Shown: positions 13,716-27,282 of the stretch, in pieces
Layout: the number at the start of each line of letters is the position of its first letter
Numbering within the stretch: position 1 is the stretch's first letter
From: Antedon mediterranea
Lineage: Eukaryota > Animalia > Echinodermata
DNA: 64,000 nucleotides
Assembly (NCBI RefSeq): GCF_964355755.1
Contig: NC_092678.1
Coordinates: 21,035,365-21,099,364, forward strand
Direction of reading: 5' to 3'
Program-made: the position numbers and the translations under genes
Notes under the pieces: generated by a model
What the model was told of the DNA's origin: nothing
Seen by the model: only the letters and a program-made list of their open reading frames with translations
Databases searched by the model: none

Positions 13716-14221
13716 CTTAAGCTTCGTTTAACATCCCAGTTTTGTTGATCTGAAATGGGAAAAATAAATTATAAAGATTGTAAAAATATAAATAAAAGAA
13801 AATGCATCTATGAATAAAATGTTTAAGAAGTAAAAGTCGTTTAAAACTACCAATTTACGTTTATAGCTCTTAACATTATGGAACGCTACAAGGGCAACTA
13901 AAAATACTAGCAATTCATGGCGTTCCATATGAAGTAAGAGTTAATATAATGTGAGTGCTATTCAAAAGGTATACAACAGCCGTAGAATTATTTGTCAAAT
14001 ATTAACAGAAATCATAAAACTGTCCAGTATGCACCTGCCAATATGCTTTTTGTATTCTGCTCCTTTCCATGAAAATGTCATTCGATTATATTTAATTATT
14101 AATGAATATATTTGATAATTTACTAAATTATTACAAATGTCCATTAATGTATTTTATCTTTTTGAATAATGATTATGAATGCATTCGGAAAATAACATCG
14201 TAAATTAGAGTTTCAGAACGA

Positions 14222-14538
14222 GAAAAACATGAAAAAAATGAAGATTAATTAAATCACACTTTAAATATGTTATTTTGTAGTTTTTATAAAGTTAATCACT
14301 TCCATAGAAAAAAAATATTTTTCACTTATAAAATGACAAAATAAATGGTTAAATTCAACCAAAAACCCATTGGCTGACAGCCAATTTGACCATTTTTGTT
14401 TAAATTGCAGTTTTTTCAGGTAAATACATTTTTTTTCGATCCAATTTTTGGTCAAAGTGGATAACTATTATGTTACATTAAAATGGCATACTCCAAAAAA
14501 AAATGTAAGAATTATTTTTTCAGGGGGACAATGCATCT
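14222..14538 (+). mobile_element. Kolobok-like TTAA element, left-truncated copy
   Basis: It has the same body as 47758-48112 and ends GGGGACAATGCATCT|TTAA. Confidence 0.7.
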
Positions 14539-16434
14539 TTAATGTATTGTCTCATTTCGAATAATGATTATGAATGCATTAGAAAATAAATCTTACATTA
14601 GAGTTTCAGAACAATAAATTGCTTGCATCGAACGAGAAAAAGGAGAAAGGTGAACTTATTAAAGGAAACTGTATTACTATCAATGCAATTAAATTTATTT
14701 CCACAATACACAATAACATACAAGATAATTAATACAATGAAGTAATCATGTAGGGGGGGGGGGGCGGTCATATAAGTCAGAAAAACTGAGTATTGCCCAC
14801 CCCAAGCTATGACATTAAATACGAATACGAAAAGAGAGAAGAAACATCCAAATATCCAATCTTAACTGGTCTTATGAAATATATATTCAACGTTCATCAT
14901 ATCTTGAAAGTAAATATCACTAATTAACCGTTAAATATATGCATTAACTTTATAAAAAACACCCGTAAAATATTACATTACAAATGCATTTCTTTTATTC
15001 AAGCACATTTTGATGTTCAATCTCTGAAAGGAGAATGCTACCCATGTGTGAGTAATCGAACTCTACGTTTTTATGAGTTTCTAATCGTCAAATGTTTTTT
15101 TTTTTCATTCCTAGCTTCTTTGGGGACTAATTCCTGATTGTTTTTCTTTAAGAATTTCAGACGATCGATAAGGATGCGCGCGTAACCTGTCCGACAGGAG
15201 AATATGATCCTGCGACTCGTATTGATTTCGTGTTAATTGTTAGGCAATCAAGCCCATTCTGACAAAGCTATAGTTACTCGTTATCAAGGATCATGTATTA
15301 TTTAACATTGATAAGAGCAAATGCAAATTGCACACGTAAAAATAGTTATTCAATACATTTCATATTTCTTCTCGGTATAATGATAAAACATGTTTTTATT
15401 GTCACCCTCGAATTAAACTCAAACAATTCACGTTTTTGGCCCTCAGATTCTTGATTTCACGCTATTCTTTTGTTTGTCAATTTACTGCTAATGATTGACT
15501 AGAGAGACTATGCAATCGTTATAAGTTATGCTATTGCTATAGGGGGCAGTATACTTCCGGTATTATTTAATACTTATAGTTAATAGAGGGCGGGCTATAT
15601 CTTGTTTTTTTAAATAACTTTTTAGTTGTGTTTTTTCAACACAAAGGCACGGTTCCACTCTCCCATTGGGACACCTATTACGCATGGGCAGCAAATACAT
15701 AATAAAAGATGTGTTAGAAGTGTCTAAACTTTTCATTCTTAAGGACGATGAGCTCGAAAAAAATAGATCGAAAATCTACTTTCGACTTCAATGTACAGTA
15801 TACTATAGCGCCGCTGCTGTGGTTATTAATCAGAAAACACGTCTTAATGTTACTGTTCTTGTTTTTATTGTCTTAATCTTAGCTAATATTACTCATGTCA
15901 GTAAATCACGCAACTAGGCCAAATTTCATATAGAGTGTGGGTTGTAAGTGTTACAGAGATATACTTAAGAGAAAAACACACGCCTGTTCTAGGGAACGTG
16001 CTTTTATTCGATGACTTTCTTACTCGAAGTGTATCGCAGGCTACATTAGTTAATTCGCTGTTAAGTATAATTTATACTTATATCGTGTAACGGTACGCGC
16101 TTTGTGCTCGTAAACGTGTTTGTGTGTATATCTAAATAAAAAGAAAAAATCTGCAAGAATTTCCAGACCTTATACTGTACTACTGAGCAAATACAGGGCC
16201 CAAAAAACAACATGGATCGGACCCGTTCAGGCTTAAGTATGGACCAGGCATAAGTTACGGTTAAACCCACTAGCGCGTTCGATCGCTTTTGTTTTAGTTG
16301 AGTAAATCTAAATGTAAACTGCTGTCTGTAGTGAGTAGCTTGTGTTAATTATTGACTGTTTGTTCTTCAACTTGTCTGGCAGGCAAAGTATTTCGGGGTT
16401 TTTTTCTACGGAAGTGAATAAGTTTATTAAAACT

Positions 16435-16513
16435 GCAAAATAACCTATTTGATTTTCGAAGACTGATTTAATTATTAATCTTCTTTTTATGTTTTTGGGG
16501 GGACAATACATCT
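16435..16513 (-). mobile_element. Kolobok-like element left-end fragment, reverse orientation
   Basis: TTAATCTTC...ATGTTTTTGGGGGACAATACATCT|TTAA. Confidence 0.6.
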
Positions 16514-17269
16514 TTAAATAAAGACGAAATGATGAATGAACGAACGCCACATTCAATGCCATAGTAAGCCGTTGCACTTTTCTCAATCAGGAATTTGTGA
16601 CAATTTAATCCCGGATTTATGGGGGGAAAAAATTAAACCAAAAACATCTAAAAAATGTAAAATTCACAATGACTTATCCTTGTCAATAATGCAGTCAGAC
16701 ATAACTATGAATTCTATTGTATTTAGCAAGCCATTAAACAAAATCCAAGAAACGATAACATTGATTAATTAAACCCGTAAACGCATGTGAACCATCAGAC
16801 ATGCGCATTAAAACCAGACATGCGCAGTAAAACGTAGATGTCAAATTGCATCATTCTCTAATTAATCCCTTCGTTCAGCAATCCTAAATGTCTCGTTTAG
16901 TTTACGCTAATTGTTTTGTTCTTTTCAGGAGGTAACAAACTTTTATTCGAATCAATGCCCCAAAGGTGCAATCGGTTACATTTGAACCGCAGGAAAATAA
17001 AAAATGGAGACAGTTCGCCCACGCTTTTCTATCTCTTAATTTCATGCGAATTTGTAATTTTTTTAACAAATCACTTAAGATTTACGCTAATGAAGGAATA
17101 TATTTTATGACAGGATACAGACTATCAATGTACTTGAATGCTGGGTAGGCCCTATATATCCTTACTGAAAATGGATTTGTCTTTCTTCAAACTTAAAGAA
17201 CCAAACCAAACTTATTTTCACCATATATGTAAGCGTCTCAAAATGTGTTTTTGTTTTAATTTTGAAAGA

Positions 17270-17458
17270 GAAATCGCCATTGTTATGATTAGGCCTAAAT
17301 CGCCATTGTTTCAGTTTAGGCTAAATCGCTATTGTTTAGGTTAGGCCTAAATCGCCATTGTTTCATGGTAAGGCCTAAAGCGCTATTGTTTAAGTTAGGC
17401 CGAAATTGTCGTTGTGTCAGGTTAGGCCTAAATCGTCATTGTTTCTGTTAAGCCTAAA
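17270..17458. repeat. Degenerate ~26-27-bp minisatellite
   Basis: TAGGCCTAAATCGCCATTGTTT repeated about 7 times. Confidence 0.85.
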
Positions 17459-19851
17459 TATCCAGTTATAGCATGAACGAGGCACAAACCGTGCACGTTT
17501 TTAAAGCTAAGACTGTAATTAAACGGCTTAGGCCCTAATGATATTTTATCATGAAATTGCGGCTACTGTTTACAAGAACTAAGAAAGCATGCCATATCAT
17601 TACTTTAAAATAATGTAACAACCTAATTTATTTGATTTAAAACTATAGATATTATGCCATATGTAACACGTTTCTATAATGATGGATTAATAACTGATTT
17701 ATATGTTATATAAACTAAAATAATATTATTTACCGCGATGATGGATTGGGCGGTGTGTGGAACTTGTGACCTTTGTCAAAGAAGTGACAGATTACGTCGT
17801 ACGAAGGGTATTCCGCTGCCGGGCAAAACGGTGAGTCGTGTAAATTAAGACGTAAGAACAAACCGTGATGCCATGGCTGGTTCGTTCAAATTAGTCGTAT
17901 GTTTGGTTTTTACTGGCCTAAGGGTCATTACGCTTTTAGCTTCTGACGTTTTAACATGGCCGAAGTGAAATATCCAGTCGGCTGGAAATAGGTGGATTTG
18001 TTGAACTGAGCGTCTCCTCGGGTCAGAATTTTCATTTAGATGTCGTCGACACAGAATCAAAGTTATGTCGTTTCTTTTAAGAGGCGGTGGCCATTTCAGA
18101 ACTGTCAAATTCCCGCACGTTTGTCGCTGAAACAAAAATACAACTTCCTCCGTGTAATGCAATGGTCGATAAGCGCGCAGAATCCAAATTATTCACTTTA
18201 TCCCTTTTTGTATCCCATCCTCTATCTGAGATTATGATATGTACATTCCCGGATGTTCTTCTTTTTCTTTCTATTTCACCTTACACATAGCAGGAAAGAG
18301 TGAACTCTTCCTTGATATTTATGATGCATTTATCCACTTATCACTGAAATAAATTAAATACAATTTTCCATAATTTCCTAAACCTTTAGAAATTATCTAG
18401 AAGCTTTTATACGAAGTTTAGGCCAATGCACTGTACCATTATTTCCTATTGTATAATCTCGAAACAAATATGTATAATACTTATTACATCATGGTAATAT
18501 ATACAAAGAATAATGTCCTTAAACAATATGTTTTATCAAAGGTCTTTTCCGTTACATGGCCTAATCGATCTTCCATAGTTTCAAAAGTTTCGTAATTATC
18601 TATGTTATCAATGCGGAGGTCGACAGAGGGCGCGCTATTTAATGTTTCGATCTATATTGAATATAGAGATAACTCGAGATTTTATTAAGCTTATGTGGCT
18701 TGACCAATATTGGTGATTATTAATAACAATTTTCATGAAAAAATGTTATCTTTGTTTTGGCGACAATAGTTGATTTCCGTACTTCCTGCCGTTTGCTAAG
18801 TTGTCTTTGACAGCCTCTCTCTCTCTCTATCCTTACCATGCAGTATTTCCATTTATCTTGACAGTAAAAACTGTATAGAATCTACGATGTTGAGGGTCTC
18901 TACTATATATAACTTAGGAAATCTGTAGCCGTGCCAATGCAAGATATATTGGTTCGTAAGCATGAAAATATATTTACTGCATTCCTTTTGGTTTGGCACC
19001 GCGGTGTTAAATGCGTCAAATCCGTTGTAGTGTTTCTCAGTCTATCTTTGTAATATTTGGCGCCGCGGTGTACATGCGTCAAATCCGATGTAAGTGTTCC
19101 CTGGTCTCCGGTGTAAGACGAGCAGTTTTTCAATCAAAAACTAACCCATGTTTAATTTTTTTGTTTTAATTAAAATCCTTAACTCAAACGCGAACTCTAC
19201 AATCTTCAATTTCCCGTGTCATTCATCAATCTATACTTTTGATTGCTGTTCGGATCATGCATATTTTATTATTCTTCTCTCTATAATTTTATGACTTGAA
19301 CATTAAATAATATTAATGACGCTGTTTCCTGTTTCATTGTACATTCTTGCCAATTTGTTTTATTTGCATGTGAAGGTTTACTGTCTCTACTTTAATTTAT
19401 TTATTTATTCACTTTATATTTTAATTTGTTATCTCTCAACACCACCGCTGCTGCTGCTGTTATAATATTGACTGTGAACGTTTGTATTAGTAGACAATGC
19501 GGCATGAAGTACTGTCGTGATGGCGCTAGTTACTATCCGTTATACATGATTGATTATTAAAATGACGTAATGCAAAACGTCATAAATACGTAGAAAGATG
19601 GGTACTCGGAGGTTCGTACGGCCGGGAGGACCAGCTTACGTTATGGTATTGTAACAGGCCAGATGCTGGTCAGAAGATTATTTACATAGCACACTACGCA
19701 GTGACTAACGAGCATACGCATTTACATTTACTAGGTTTCTGAGCGTGCGCAGAATGTATTTTAAGCTCGATGTACTTGCGTAGTATGTCATATTTGAGCG
19801 GGGTTTGTTTCATCGTACGGCATTATATCATATCAGAAAAGTCATAGCACA

Positions 19852-19953
19852 ATGCATGATGGGAAGGGTTTGGGAGCAATAGCGCCACTGTATAATACAA
19901 ACTGTACATATTGGTGGTGGCGCTATTGCTCCAAAACCCTTCCCATTATGCAT
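19852..19953. repeat. 37-bp inverted repeat with a 28-nt spacer
   Basis: ATGCATGATGGGAAGGGTTTGGGAGCAATAGCGCCAC versus its reverse complement at 19917-19953, 2 mismatches. Confidence 0.85.
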
Positions 19954-20304
19954 CGTAGTAGTTATTTCTAACTTGTGACTAAATGTAAGTATGTAAATAG
20001 ACAGGTATCAAACCCTGGAACTCTCTGGAAAATGGCAAGATAATATCGAAGTACGGAATCTAACCTACGCATCAAAAACAATATTGACAAGACTTAATCA
20101 ATCCATGATAGCTTGACATAAAAATGACATTAACTAAAATTTAGGATTATTTATAAAAGAAAAATGTCAATAACTAATCAATATGAGACATATATTGTAC
20201 ATATCAAACTCGTTGAATACATTTTCGTTAGATATCTGATATGACGAGTAAATTATCTTTAAATGTATAGATAGATTGTAACAGTTTATTAAAATACAAA
20301 CTTA

Positions 20305-20690
20305 AGCTCTGTCTGTGCCCATATATGGACATGATGATGTAATATCACTACCATATTTGGCTACATCACACTTTTTTGTCACATGAAGTTTGATAATGTA
20401 GACATAGATTTAAGTGGTTTCAAAATCAACTATGAATATTGGTGTATGCAAAATAGGCAGCTAAAATGTAATAACGGTATTACGATTTTTTCTCAAGCTT
20501 GGTTCCCACTAGGATGCAAAGAAATGACGTAATTTGATTAATTAAGCGTGGTTTCCACTAGGACGTAACGCAAGGAAGTAAATCGCGACGCAAGCGAATT
20601 GACCAATCACAACCGACAGTTCGAATAATCCATCGCTTTTGATTGGTCAATTTTTTTATTTCGTTAGATTTCTTTGTTTTATGTTGGAAA
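20305..20690. mobile_element. Degenerate MITE C (20305-20409) and MITE A with a doubled left TIR (20496, 20545)
   Basis: Family TIR and internal motifs are recognisable. Confidence 0.6.
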
Positions 20691-21449
20691 AATGCGGAAA
20701 AAATCGTCGATCTTTATCATCCTGGTGTAAATGAGCCTTTATTATCATTACAAAAAGAAATACGCCTACTATAAATATTTGTTTATTCTAATAATCATTT
20801 CAGTTGGAATTCTCAACATCAATGGTTCTATAACGTAAAACATAACACTATAAATAATTGTATATGCAAAATTAACTGATGTCCATGATATACATACTGA
20901 AACAAAAATATTCTTTTTTGAAAGTTGGATGTGATTTATTGCTGTACGGTGATTTCGTTTCTAACTAGTCATTTGTGTTTGCTAATTACACTCGCGATAC
21001 CTATGTATTCCCATTCTATCTATTGTTCATTCCAAGTATTCCTCGGTGACCAAGCTGTAGTTAGTTACCACGGAATATTTAATGATACACATGTTTCACT
21101 TTCTGTCAGTTGTTCATTTACATTTAAGACCGTTGATATGAATGATATATTAATGGCACCTTTGGCGTTTCATAGGTAGTTTTTTGAAAAAAATCGAAAC
21201 GTCGACTGGTGTTGGACTAATTTTAAAAATGTATGACATTAGTCTAGGTTCTAGACGGAATTTTTAGATAATTTGTTTCATATGTAGTAGAACAAAATTC
21301 AAAACGCCGACATAAACAGGACATACTACAGATTTGGGCAAGTTTAGTATGACATGTGTATAATATCTGTTAGGTGGTTCAACCACCTTCAGCATACAGT
21401 TAAGGTATGACCCGTAACGGCAATAGAAACTAATTCCTGACTATAGATA

Positions 21450-21594
21450 CAATGTGTGATGTGCCAATATTATGTACATGATGATGTCATATCACTACCA
21501 TATGTGGATATATCACTACCATATTTGGGCATATCACTACCATATTTGTGCACATAACACTTTTTTTTAAACTAGTTTGAGTGTAGATAAAGCT
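21450..21594. mobile_element. MITE family C, left-truncated
   Basis: ATATCACTACCATAT x3 and right TIR GTGTAGATAAAGCT|TTA. Confidence 0.65.
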
Positions 21595-22088
21595 TTACTT
21601 CAAGTTATTCCTTTTAACTTGAATATTCTACTTCCTTTTTGCTTTATGCATTTTCATTCATAATTATGTATTTCCTGTTGGTTTTTCTGAATTAATTAAT
21701 ACAATATATTACAACAATGCCATCTCTACGTTTGTTTGGCATTTATTGAATGATACAGTACAGTGTAATTATATGGCTTTTAATGCACTACCTGTATATA
21801 TACTACATATGTACTATGTTGTATATTGTACATCGCATGCAGGGCTCAATAAAATATTCACTTCTCTCTGTGATTTGACATTTAACGTTTCGTTTCATTC
21901 AGTCATTTCATTAGCATTTATTTTGCCAAATCAAGAAGAACAAGACTACATACGATTGAATATAAATTAGAACTAGGTAGGAGCCCGAGGTTTATCATTT
22001 GGAAAATAGAATCTCTTTTATACTAAAATAAATGGAATAGTTAATCTTATTTATTTGCAGTATGTTGGTTCGTTTCTCCAATTATATG

Positions 22089-22381
22089 AGCTTTGTTTCC
22101 CACTAACGTAACTCAATGACGTAAACGCAACGCAATGACGTAAACGCAACGCAAGCGTGTTGACCAAACAAGCGACAGAGAATAATTCATCGTTTGTAAT
22201 TGGTCAACTAATTTACGTTACGTTACGTAACGTCATTGTATTGCGCCTCTAGTGGGAACCAAGCTTAAGACACACCGCAAGTGACAAATCACAAGTGATA
22301 TTCGAACTGTCGCTTGTGATTGGTTAACTCGCTTTTGCGTTGGGCTAAATTACGTCGTTGCGTCTTAGAGTAACCCAAGTT
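22089..22381. mobile_element. MITE A copy plus adjacent partial copy
   Basis: AGCTTTGTTTCCCACTA...CTAGTGGGAACCAAGCT|TAA, followed by a second right half. Confidence 0.7.
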
Positions 22382-24053
22382 TTAGTTAAATAATTTCTTA
22401 AACCCCAGTAGGCCTATTCCTTTCTCAGTAAGGCCTAACAACATGTCGCTGAGTTCTTTAATATTTTATTACCTAATAGATAGGCCTCTTATCCTACCAG
22501 TAAACTATATAATTCCCTGTTTAAACGACTATTAAATTAAATTGTCCTATTAAATTAAATGTAATACTGTATAAAGTTCTCCTTGAGTAGGAGGCCTATA
22601 TTACGTCATCTGTTTCATTTGTTTTTATGGCTGTATGTTTTACATATTTTTCTCATTGACATAATCTCCTATAACCTTTTAACAACGACCATATTTTGTC
22701 GTAAAACAAATCGGAGGACATCTATGAAATTCGACATTCATGTATCGAATGGGATGCAGCAATATGTGGCGATATAGTTACCACCTGTTTGTCAGATCTC
22801 GACAGAGAAGGCCTCGAGATGATTTTACAACCAGCCATTATTCTAGCTAATGCATGGAATTGGCGTTCAGACGTGATATGAATTTCTCAGTTTTGTAATC
22901 AATGTATCGCTGCTGATATCTGAATGTAATTTTCTAACGAGATTATATTATTTGAATGGCTTTTATTGGTTTTATGTGTACCTTTCGTTATTAACGTTAT
23001 TAATTTGACGTACACGTACTATAAATAAAGAATATATAAATATGAATGATTTAACATTTAATTTCTCGTTTGAAACAGATATTTTTGTTGTTCTATTTCT
23101 CGTTTATAGCTTTTAGCCACCTTAAGCTTTGTTCACACTCACACAAGGTTCCTTGTCCGGTAGCCAAATAAAAAAGGTGTAGGTCTACTGTTAGTAACCG
23201 TTCACACTCTCATTCCGGATTCCATACAAAACATGTAGGCTTATGTAATGTAAGCACGTTATATCGTATATGGAGTTTCCTCCAACCACCAGTGTGAACG
23301 CAGTTTTAGCCGTGATAAATTCTAACATAATAATACTTTTTTTAGTTTTATAAAAAGCTTTTGTTGTTGCTGCTGTGATGATAGTATGAGATGCCACTTC
23401 AAAACTCAACAAATTTCTTTCGTCCATTTCTTTTGTTTCACTAGTGAATGCTTGTTCTTTTATTCCTTTCTGTAGTATTTAATGCAACCGTGGAGACGGC
23501 CATATGTCCAATTATATAGAGTAATTGGCCATCAGTTTCAGAATAACATGTCCAAATAATCCATTCATGAGTGTTGTTAGGGACAGCTGATATCATAATT
23601 TCATCCAGACGTCTTTCAGAGCCTCGTCTAGAATTCATCATCCAGACGTCTAGCTGTCTTCATTTTAGAAATTGCTTAGATTAGGTGTCATTACCAATTG
23701 TTTTAAATGTCCATGTAACTAGTAGCTAGATCTTCCGTGTCTGTCATGACATACTCTCTACAAAGTCTATGCTTTTTTAAGCTGTCTATTCTAATTCATG
23801 CTTCGGCTTAAGAAATTCACACTGCCGCCGTGTTTCGGTGCTCTAATCAAGAAGGAAAACGACAATAATGTTGGCCTACTTTCAATAGAAATGTAACTTT
23901 GCTCCTACTCTATATATATTTTCGACAAAGCGCTGGTTTCAGCAGTGGTCGTATAGAAACGTAGCAAGAAACAGTAAAATTCTTTGTTTAGCCTTTTGGG
24001 CCAGGAAAGATACGTTCACACTGTAGCGTTGTGTCCAGTTTGCGCAAGCGTAA

Positions 24054-24168
24054 AGCTCTATCTACACTATAAAACTAGTTTTACCAAAAAAGTGGGTATG
24101 GCCAAATATGGCAATGATATGACATAATCGTTTCCATTAAGGATACATCATTTGACAGAGACAGAGCT
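24054..24168. mobile_element. MITE family C copy with internal deletion
   Basis: TAA|AGCTCTATCTACACTA...GACAGAGCT|TAA. Confidence 0.65.
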
Positions 24169-24535
24169 TAAAATACAATGAATGGTGCTGAGATGTGAAA
24201 ATCCAATATATCGTGTGAACCAACACTTAGTGAGCATGTGACAAAATTGTGCTTAACTCTTGGAAAATGCAGTTATACGTCATTACAATTTTCTTCGAAA
24301 TATGTCGAATACATATAATATAATTACCAACCGGATTTCGTATTGTGGATTTAATTACAAATATTTATTCTAAACACATAAATCTATGATTAAATTAAGG
24401 ATTGGTTATAATCAACACTTAAACAATTAAGTACTATTAATTCTAGAATAGCGTAATGATGAATCGCGTTGTATTGTAAGCACTCATTTCAGAGTTATAT
24501 TTAATAGCTTGAATGTAGGAAAACATTAATCGTCA

Positions 24536-24714
24536 AGCGTGGTTCCCACTAGCGACGCAACGCAAGGACGTAACGCAACGCAAGTGAATTGACCAATCAC
24601 AAGCGATGGCTTATTCGCTTGTGATTGCTAACTGTCTATAACTTCGCTTGTCATTGGTTAAAACGCTTGCGTTGCGTTTACGTCTTTGCGTTACGTTCTA
24701 GTGGGAACCAAGCT
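24536..24714 (+). mobile_element. MITE family A, 179 bp, PIF/Harbinger-like
   Basis: TIRs AGCGTGGTTCCCACTAG / CTAGTGGGAACCAAGCT with a perfect 3-bp TSD TCA/TCA. The element is largely palindromic, with ACGCAACGCAAG subterminal repeats and CCAAT boxes. Confidence 0.85.
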
Positions 24715-25034
24715 TCATCGTCACAAAAAGATCATGATTTTATTATTCCGCAATACAATATTCAATTTATATTGTGTGGTTTGGTTTTTAATATACATTT
24801 TATAGTATATCGACAGGTGCTGTTTATTACATGTAATATATTGCTGCTATTTACGTACTCTTGTGTAGTGCACTGACCTGGTGCTACACGTACGCTTTCA
24901 AGTAATACTACTACACGTACTACGCGTACGTACGTGTCAACATTTGTTGTTGCTGAACACGTACCTTTGCGTAATTCGTTACTGCATGTTTCACGAGTCG
25001 TGTATAGTGCTACACGTACTACTGTGTAGTACAA

Positions 25035-25400
25035 TGCTGTTAGCACATATAACGTTTGATAACTGTACGTTGCTACTACGCATACTATTGTTTCGTGTGT
25101 TACACATATAACGTTTGATAACTGTACGTTGCTGCTACTACATATTGTGTATATAGTGTTACCATGCTGTTAGCACATTATAACGTTTGATAACTGTACC
25201 TTGCTACTACACATACTATTGTGTCGTGTGTTACACATACGTTTGATAACTGTACGTTGCTGCTACATATTGTGTATAGTGCTACAACGCTGTTAGCACA
25301 TATAACGTTTAATAACTGTACGTTGCTGCTACACATACTATTGTGTCGTGTGTTACACATATAACGTTTGATAACTGTACGTTGCTGCTACACATACAAT
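25035..25400. repeat. Irregular tandem repeat
   Basis: The core ACATATAACGTTTGATAACTGTACGTTGCT(A/G)CTAC occurs x6 with two alternating linkers. Confidence 0.85.
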
Positions 25401-25646
25401 TGTGTTGTTTGTTGTTACATTATAACTTTGTTACGATAATTGCTGTTACACACTATAGGTGTGCATTGCTGCAACATATACATGTTGTGGTGCCACAGTA
25501 TCATTCTTCGCCTGCGTATGCCTTCCAGAAAACATTTCCTAATATGAACACAATGTTTGTTTTTCCCACCATACTAGTTAGTTACGTCGTAGTAATAACC
25601 GTCACACGCACACGTGCACACTACGTATATATGCTATTGTTCGTTC

Positions 25647-26034
25647 AGCGTGGTTATCACTAAGACGCAGCGCAACGACGTATCAACGCAAAGTGCTGTA
25701 TTGCATAATCACAAGTGGGAACCGACGACGCAACAATGCTACAAACATAGCAGGTTTGATTTTACGCAGGCGGGGGCAAACACAATTATGGGAAAGGCAT
25801 TTTCTTACGTTGCGTAGGTTGCGCTATGTTGCGTCGCTAGTGGGAACAAGCATTAAGCGTGGTTCCCACTAGTGACGCAACACAAGGACGTAACGCAGCG
25901 CAAGTGAATTGACCAATCACAAGCGATGGCTTATTCGCTTGTGATTGCTAACCGTCTATAACTTCGCTTGTCATTGGTTAAAACGCTTGCGTTGCGTTTA
26001 TGTCCTTGCGTTACGTTCTAGTTGGAACCAAGCT
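25647..26034 (+). mobile_element. MITE B (25647-25852) directly abutted by MITE A (25856-26034)
   Basis: Both share the AGCGTGGTT...CACTA terminus. The A copy has TSD TTA/TTA, whose left copy is the right flank of B. Confidence 0.8.
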
Positions 26035-26602
26035 TTAGGCATTTTCTGTTTGATGATACAAAAGTGCTATTAACTTTTTAGCAAAATCAATCAACATATA
26101 ATTGTTATTTCAAGTAACTCTAATCGCCATTACGAAGCATCTCAATCACTTATGCCTATAATTAAAATAATGATCTAAAGAACTAATCTAGACCCTTGAC
26201 GATTGAAAGCATTAATATGTCGTAATCACGATGTCATGTGATGTTGAAAACCAATCAAGTGATGGACAGTTTGCACATGTGACGTTGACAACCAACTTTC
26301 GGACAGTTGCTTGCATAGCTGGGTGTTTATTGTCGACGACCTCAACGACGTAAACGCCGTTTGACTTACGAATTGCATACGGTAAAATTAAAATATGTTT
26401 AATGGCAAGAACCGTTTATCTGATCGGATTTAAAATATACTGACAATATTCCTCGGCAATAAATTAATTAAAAGCTCAGAACTATTACAATAAAGAAAAT
26501 TCTTTATTGTAATAAGTCCTGTGCTTTTAATATAAAAATCGCTTGAAATTTATACGTAGGAAAATTAGTTTAATATCCATTTTTTCTCATTTGAAAGCGG
26601 CA

Positions 26603-27282
26603 ATTATTCAACCGCGGTACTTATTCAAATGCAGTACATATTCAACCGCGTTACATATTCAACCGCGGTACTTATTCAACCGCAGTACTTATTCACGGTA
26701 CATTTAGGCCTGCAACCACAGTACAGTACATACAACCGCTGTAATAATTCAACTGTGGTTCTTGCGCGCTCTACCATTGCGGTAATTGAGAATCCATCCC
26801 GCTGTTCTAATTTCCTTATTCGCGACATTGACACTTATTTAACTTTCGACATTACTCAACAACGAACCTTAATCTATTAGTACGACACGTATTTAACTAC
26901 GGTAGTTACTTTATACTTACTTCACAGCACTTATTTATAGAAAACCCATCTCGTTGTTATTCACTTATTTAACTTATTCGCCATTACTCAATAACGAACC
27001 TTAATATAATCTATTAGTGCGACACTTATTTAACTACGGTATATAGTTACTTTATTCTTACGTTGCAGCACTTATTTATAGAAAACCCATCTCGTTGTTT
27101 TTCATTTATTTAACTTAGTACTTATTCGACATTACTCAATAACGAACGTTAATCTATTAGTACGACACTTATTTAAGTAAGGTAGTTACTTAATTCTTAC
27201 GTTACAGTACTTATTTAACTACGATAGTTACTTTATTCTCACGTCACATCACTTATTTATGGAAACCCATCTCGTTGTTTTT
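26603..27282. repeat. Compound repeats: TATTCAACCGCGGTAC-type x4-5, then ~120-130-bp degenerate units
   Basis: ATTACTCAATAACGAACCTTAATCTATTAGTACGACACTTATTTAACTACGGT...AAACCCATCTCGTTG recurs three times. Confidence 0.8.

Noticed and set aside
24181-24195. RE1/NRSE-like half-site (TCAGCACC on minus) upstream of a neuronal gene
   Set aside because: The right half (GGACAG) is absent and the site lies inside a probable transposon end.
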